From an uncultured Muribaculaceae bacterium (lineage in GTDB: Bacteria > Bacillota_I > Bacilli_A > RF39 > UBA660), in NCBI GenBank assembly GCA_964458035.1, contig CAYWFZ010000001.1, positions 1 through 58,310 of the forward strand: a DNA stretch of 58,310 nucleotides. Reading direction: 5' to 3'. This document shows, piece by piece, positions 55,060 through 58,310 of the stretch (its first letter is position 1; every line of letters begins with the position of its first letter). The position numbers were made by a program, and so were the translations under genes. The notes below the pieces were generated by a model. That model did not search any database and had not been told where the DNA came from. It saw only the letters and a program-made list of their open reading frames with translations.

Positions 55060-56113
55060 TTACACTTACAAATATCTCTAACTCTATTTTACTATTATTT
55101 GTGTTACTATTCAAAACTTTTTTATCAATTATTTCAATTTCTCCTAACTTTTCTTTAAGTTTTAATTCTGCTTCACTAAGAGCTTTATTCATTGCAGTTT
55201 CTTTTGTTAAATTTATTTCTTCACTTTTATATTCATATTGTCTTACAAGTGATAATGAACCAAGACTAAATATCTCTTTTTCATCAAATTCATTGTATAG
55301 TTTTTTCTTAAGGTATTTATTATATTTTTTTATATTTACTTTTTCTCTTTTTGTATATGTTTTTATAATCTCTTTTAAGGGATATGAAATATTAATCTTA
55401 TACCACGTATTAGCTTTTACATTGCCCTTTGCACAGGTATTACCTTTAATTTCTTCATTGAGAATTACTTCACCACTTATAATAATATCCCCTTTTTTTA
55501 CAAGATTACCCTTTTCTTTAACAATAATTCCTTGTTTTGCGTCTATTTCCGTGATAACTCCATCTTTTTTGGCAACTATATGACATCTTTCTAATTCTTT
55601 TTCTTTGGTTTTTATTATTCTTTCTTCTATATTTACTGTGTATTTCATTCCGGTTCGCGTTATTGATAAGAAATCTATAAAATCTTGATTTTCGTGCGTT
55701 ATTTCATCGCTTATTTTGTTGAGTTCCTTATTTGTTTTATAGATAGTAAATTCTTTTATACCTTTTTCTTTTAATAGTTCATCAACCTTTTTTATCATTT
55801 CTTTATTCTCGTGTCTTATATCAATACTGACAACTATGTTTGATATTCCATATATAAGAAGTAAAAAGATAAATAGAAGAAGTATATTATATAGATTATT
55901 TTTTATTTCTTTAATAATTCTTTTTTTCCCAAGAACACGATATAAAGTTATCTTGCAATAATAGTTTAGTTTTTTTATTTCTTTTAATTCACTTTCTTTA
56001 ATGGTTACTAATATATAACCTTCTTCATATTTTATATTGTAAATGTTTATTGAATTGTCAATACACTTTTTTATAAATCTATCTTTATTGCCAATTACCT
56101 TAATTTCAATCAT
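54980..56113 (-). CDS. yqfD: sporulation protein YqfD-like
   Basis: 377 aa. N-terminal cytoplasmic domain, one TM (LLLFIFLLLIYGISNIVV) and a C-terminal domain. Follows yqfC as in Bacillus. Confidence 0.7.
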   Translation of the reverse strand: MIEIKVIGNKDRFIKKCIDNSINIYNIKYEEGYILVTIKESELKEIKKLNYYCKITLYRVLGKKRIIKEIKNNLYNILLLFIFLLLIYGISNIVVSIDIRHENKEMIKKVDELLKEKGIKEFTIYKTNKELNKISDEITHENQDFIDFLSITRTGMKYTVNIEERIIKTKEKELERCHIVAKKDGVITEIDAKQGIIVKEKGNLVKKGDIIISGEVILNEEIKGNTCAKGNVKANTWYKINISYPLKEIIKTYTKREKVNIKKYNKYLKKKLYNEFDEKEIFSLGSLSLVRQYEYKSEEINLTKETAMNKALSEAELKLKEKLGEIEIIDKKVLNSNTNNSKIELEIFVSVNENIGETQEYEGREQIDTSESLQHTD

Positions 56114-56343
56114 AGATATTTTACGCTTTCTATAATCCCACTAATTGATGCATCTTTACCAATTGTTTTTTTGAGACTTAAGCTACTTCCTTTAAGCTTT
56201 AATATTTTGTTGCCAATTTCTACCACTACTTCGGATTCATCTATATTTATTATTCTTTTATAATTTTTTATATATATTGATGATGATGTTAGGATTAAAT
56301 AGTAGTTTTCTTTTTTAAAATATGATCTAATTATATCTAGCAT
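56110..56343 (-). CDS. yqfC: sporulation protein YqfC-like
   Basis: ATG 56343 follows GGTGA. The longer ORF-track start at 56388 lies inside the yqeY terminator hairpin. KILKLKGSSLSLKKTIGKDASISGIIESV resembles the YqfC pattern. Confidence 0.6.
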   Translation of the reverse strand: MLDIIRSYFKKENYYLILTSSSIYIKNYKRIINIDESEVVVEIGNKILKLKGSSLSLKKTIGKDASISGIIESVKYL

Positions 56344-56382
56344 ATTATTCACCAATAAAATGTATGACTTTACAATAAAAAA

Positions 56383-56398
56383 AAGCACACATGTGCTT
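56383..56398 (-). terminator. hairpin plus U-run after yqeY
   Basis: The minus strand reads AAGCACA-TG-TGTGCTT followed by TTTTTTTT. Confidence 0.6.
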
Positions 56399-56846
56399 AT
56401 GATAATTTTTCTTTTACAAGTTTTGATACTTTAGACATATCAACTCTTGCTCCATATTTGCTCGAAATTTCCTTAATTACTCCACCCATTTCTTTAATAG
56501 ATGTAGCATTGTGCTCTTTTATAATACTATCTATTATTGCTGTAAGTTCTTCATCACTCAATTCTTCTGGTAAGTAAACAGAAAGAATTTCAATTTCTTT
56601 TTCAAGGGAAGATACTACATCTTCTTTTCCGTATTTTTTATATTCTTCAATTGATGAATGACGTTTTTTTACCTCTCTTTTAATGACAGATAAAACCTCA
56701 TCATCAGTTAAATCATGCTTCAAACTTATGCTTTCCATTTGTAAGGCACTTTTTAGCATTCTTATAACATCAAGTTTGAATTTATCTTGTTCTTTCATTG
56801 CAGTTGTTAAATCTTTTTTTATTTGTTCAAACATATTATCCTCCAT
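56397..56846 (-). CDS. yqeY: GatB/YqeY domain protein
   Basis: IKKDLTTAMKEQDKFKLDVIRMLKSAL ... MGGVIKEISSKYGARVDMSKVSKLVKEKL is the typical YqeY signature. Confidence 0.88.
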   Translation of the reverse strand: MEDNMFEQIKKDLTTAMKEQDKFKLDVIRMLKSALQMESISLKHDLTDDEVLSVIKREVKKRHSSIEEYKKYGKEDVVSSLEKEIEILSVYLPEELSDEELTAIIDSIIKEHNATSIKEMGGVIKEISSKYGARVDMSKVSKLVKEKLS

Positions 56847-56869
56847 AAATTAAAAAGAAAGTATATTAA

Positions 56870-57061
56870 CTACCCTCTTCTTTTATTTCTCTTGCGAGAA
56901 TTCTTTATCATTTCTTTTTTTGCTTCTCTTCTTTTAACGCCAGGTTTTTTATATTCTTTATGTTTTTTAAGTTCAGAAGGGACACCTGATTTAGCGACTT
57001 TCATCTTAAATCTTTTTAAAGCACCATTAATATCTCCGTTTTTAACTTCAACTTTTGTCAT
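56870..57061 (-). CDS. rpsU: 30S ribosomal protein S21
   Basis: VEVKNGDINGALKRFKMKVAKSGVPSELKKHKEYKKPGVKRREAKKE. TTGCAA-17-TATAAT promoter upstream. Confidence 0.93.
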   Translation of the reverse strand: MTKVEVKNGDINGALKRFKMKVAKSGVPSELKKHKEYKKPGVKRREAKKEMIKNSRKRNKRRG

Positions 57062-57179
57062 AAATGCTACCCTCCTCTCAGTTCAATTGTATTATAATAC
57101 ACTTTTACATTGTTTGCAAGGTTTTTTGTCAATACATAAACTATAAATTACCCTTTTTATACGTGAAAAAAGGATGATA

Positions 57180-58310
57180 TTAATCTTCATCCTTAAAATC
57201 ATATTTTTTTGTACTCATTAGATCAACTAAAGCCTCATCAATTTCCATTGTGTTGCTTTCGCTTTTTTTCTTTTCTTTTTTTATAGCGTCCTCTTCAATG
57301 TCAGTTTCATCAATTTCATCATCTTTTTTTTCTTCTTTAGATTCATTATCGTTCGAAGGTTCTTCGTTTTCTTCATTTGATGATTCTTCTTTTCCTTCTG
57401 AGTCTGGTTTATTTTCATCATCTTTATTATTTGGTTTTTTCTTTTTAAATATAAAGAATCCTGAAACACCAATTATGATTAAACCTACAACTATTATTAC
57501 GATAATAATCCAGGTGTTATTCTTTTTTTTAGGTTTTGTTTCTTCTTCTTTTTGGTCACTTTCGTTGATTATATTTCCGTCTTCATCAAATTTATAAGTT
57601 TTATCTTCTATTTTTTTCCACTCATCAGCATATTGTTTTTTAAATTCTTCTTCTGATAGTACATTTTGAATACCTTCTGAATCTCTAAAGGTGATTTCGC
57701 CATTTTTGTATTTTAATACCTCTATATCTGTATCATTCATTCTTGTAATATTTATTGTATAAGTTACAGTTTCATCGCCATTGACGTTATCAATAGTTAT
57801 TGTAGCTTTGTTTTCCCCAACTACGAAGTTATCAAATCCACTTAGTGACTCAGTTGCTTTACTATCCTGTTTTTCGAACTTCATAACGTTTACGACTGAT
57901 GTTACAGTATTTGGTACAGTTAAATTATATTCTTTAACATCGCTTTTAAATGCAGGTGTTAATGTGTAGTCTCCAAAAGAAAGACTAGCTAATTTTGCTG
58001 AATTAAAACCGCTTTCACCTCTTATAATATTAAGAACATAAGTCTTTGTATCGGCATCATCTTCTGCTTCACTTTCAACTACCACTTCAACACGGTTTTC
58101 ACCTTGTTTTAGATTAACTTTTTTTGATGCATTGTTTCCTGGAATAGATGGACTGCATGAGTTTGCTGAACATTCCCAACTGATATTTACTGAATTAATT
58201 GTATCAGCTATTCCATATACTGTATATTCAAAAGTATTTGAATTAAATTCTGGACTCATAGTTCCTTGTGATGTTTTTAATGATTTTAAAGTTGCATCAT
58301 GACTTGCTAC
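57180..58310 (-). CDS. cell-surface protein with cadherin-like beta-sandwich repeats, C-terminal TM and charged tail; N-terminus beyond the window
   Basis: The frame stays open to 58310 (…SHDATLKSLKTSQGTMSPEFNSNTFEYTV…). A second repeat reads LASLSFGDYTLTPAFKSDVKEYNLTV. TM WIIIVIIVVGLIIIGVSGFFIF. Confidence 0.7.
   Translation of the reverse strand, partial: VASHDATLKSLKTSQGTMSPEFNSNTFEYTVYGIADTINSVNISWECSANSCSPSIPGNNASKKVNLKQGENRVEVVVESEAEDDADTKTYVLNIIRGESGFNSAKLASLSFGDYTLTPAFKSDVKEYNLTVPNTVTSVVNVMKFEKQDSKATESLSGFDNFVVGENKATITIDNVNGDETVTYTINITRMNDTDIEVLKYKNGEITFRDSEGIQNVLSEEEFKKQYADEWKKIEDKTYKFDEDGNIINESDQKEEETKPKKKNNTWIIIVIIVVGLIIIGVSGFFIFKKKKPNNKDDENKPDSEGKEESSNEENEEPSNDNESKEEKKDDEIDETDIEEDAIKKEKKKSESNTMEIDEALVDLMSTKKYDFKDED

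Overview
AT-rich, low-GC Firmicutes-type chromosomal segment. Gene order matches the Bacillus recU-ponA, rimM-trmD, spoVB-comN-relA-dtd and rpsU-yqeY-yqfC-yqfD...ybeY-era-yqzL-recO neighbourhoods, and sporulation-type genes are present, so it looks Clostridia/Erysipelotrichia-like. The standard bacterial code fits. The window appears to straddle the replication terminus. Genes at 2.6-28.3 kb are almost all on the + strand and genes at 29.1-58.3 kb are mostly on the - strand. The 850-bp non-coding gap between the two blocks holds a 28-bp dif-like site (28736-28763), with an XerD-type recombinase 4.5 kb away. Most of the content is housekeeping: GTPases EngB/Der/Era/RsgA, RimM/TrmD, trigger factor, Rel, Dtd, UvrC, two PBPs, L33, EF-P, S21, RecO, RecU, RarA, GpsA, Pdp and TcdA. 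I saw no rRNA, tRNA, CRISPR array, transposase or prophage. The best candidate for something undescribed is the 38.3-44.5 kb stretch on the - strand. It holds an orphan HerA-like (HAS-barrel + FtsK/HerA P-loop) ATPase, a 300-aa unknown protein and a stand-alone ~170-nt GC-rich structured RNA with its own promoter and U-tail. It also holds two paralogous helical proteins of unknown function flanking, and in one case translationally coupled to, the E1-like TcdA gene; one paralog is split at an A5 run. Other points worth a second look:
- an active/inactive transglutaminase-like paralog pair
- a 580-aa AlaRS lacking the C-Ala domain
- rsgA with no canonical start codon for its OB fold, plus a leader-peptide/hairpin arrangement upstream
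- a Rel protein with a degenerate hydrolase site
- an orphan pseudopilin operon
- unannotated small ORFs, including a yqzL-like one
All family assignments come from motif recognition by eye. No database search was run.
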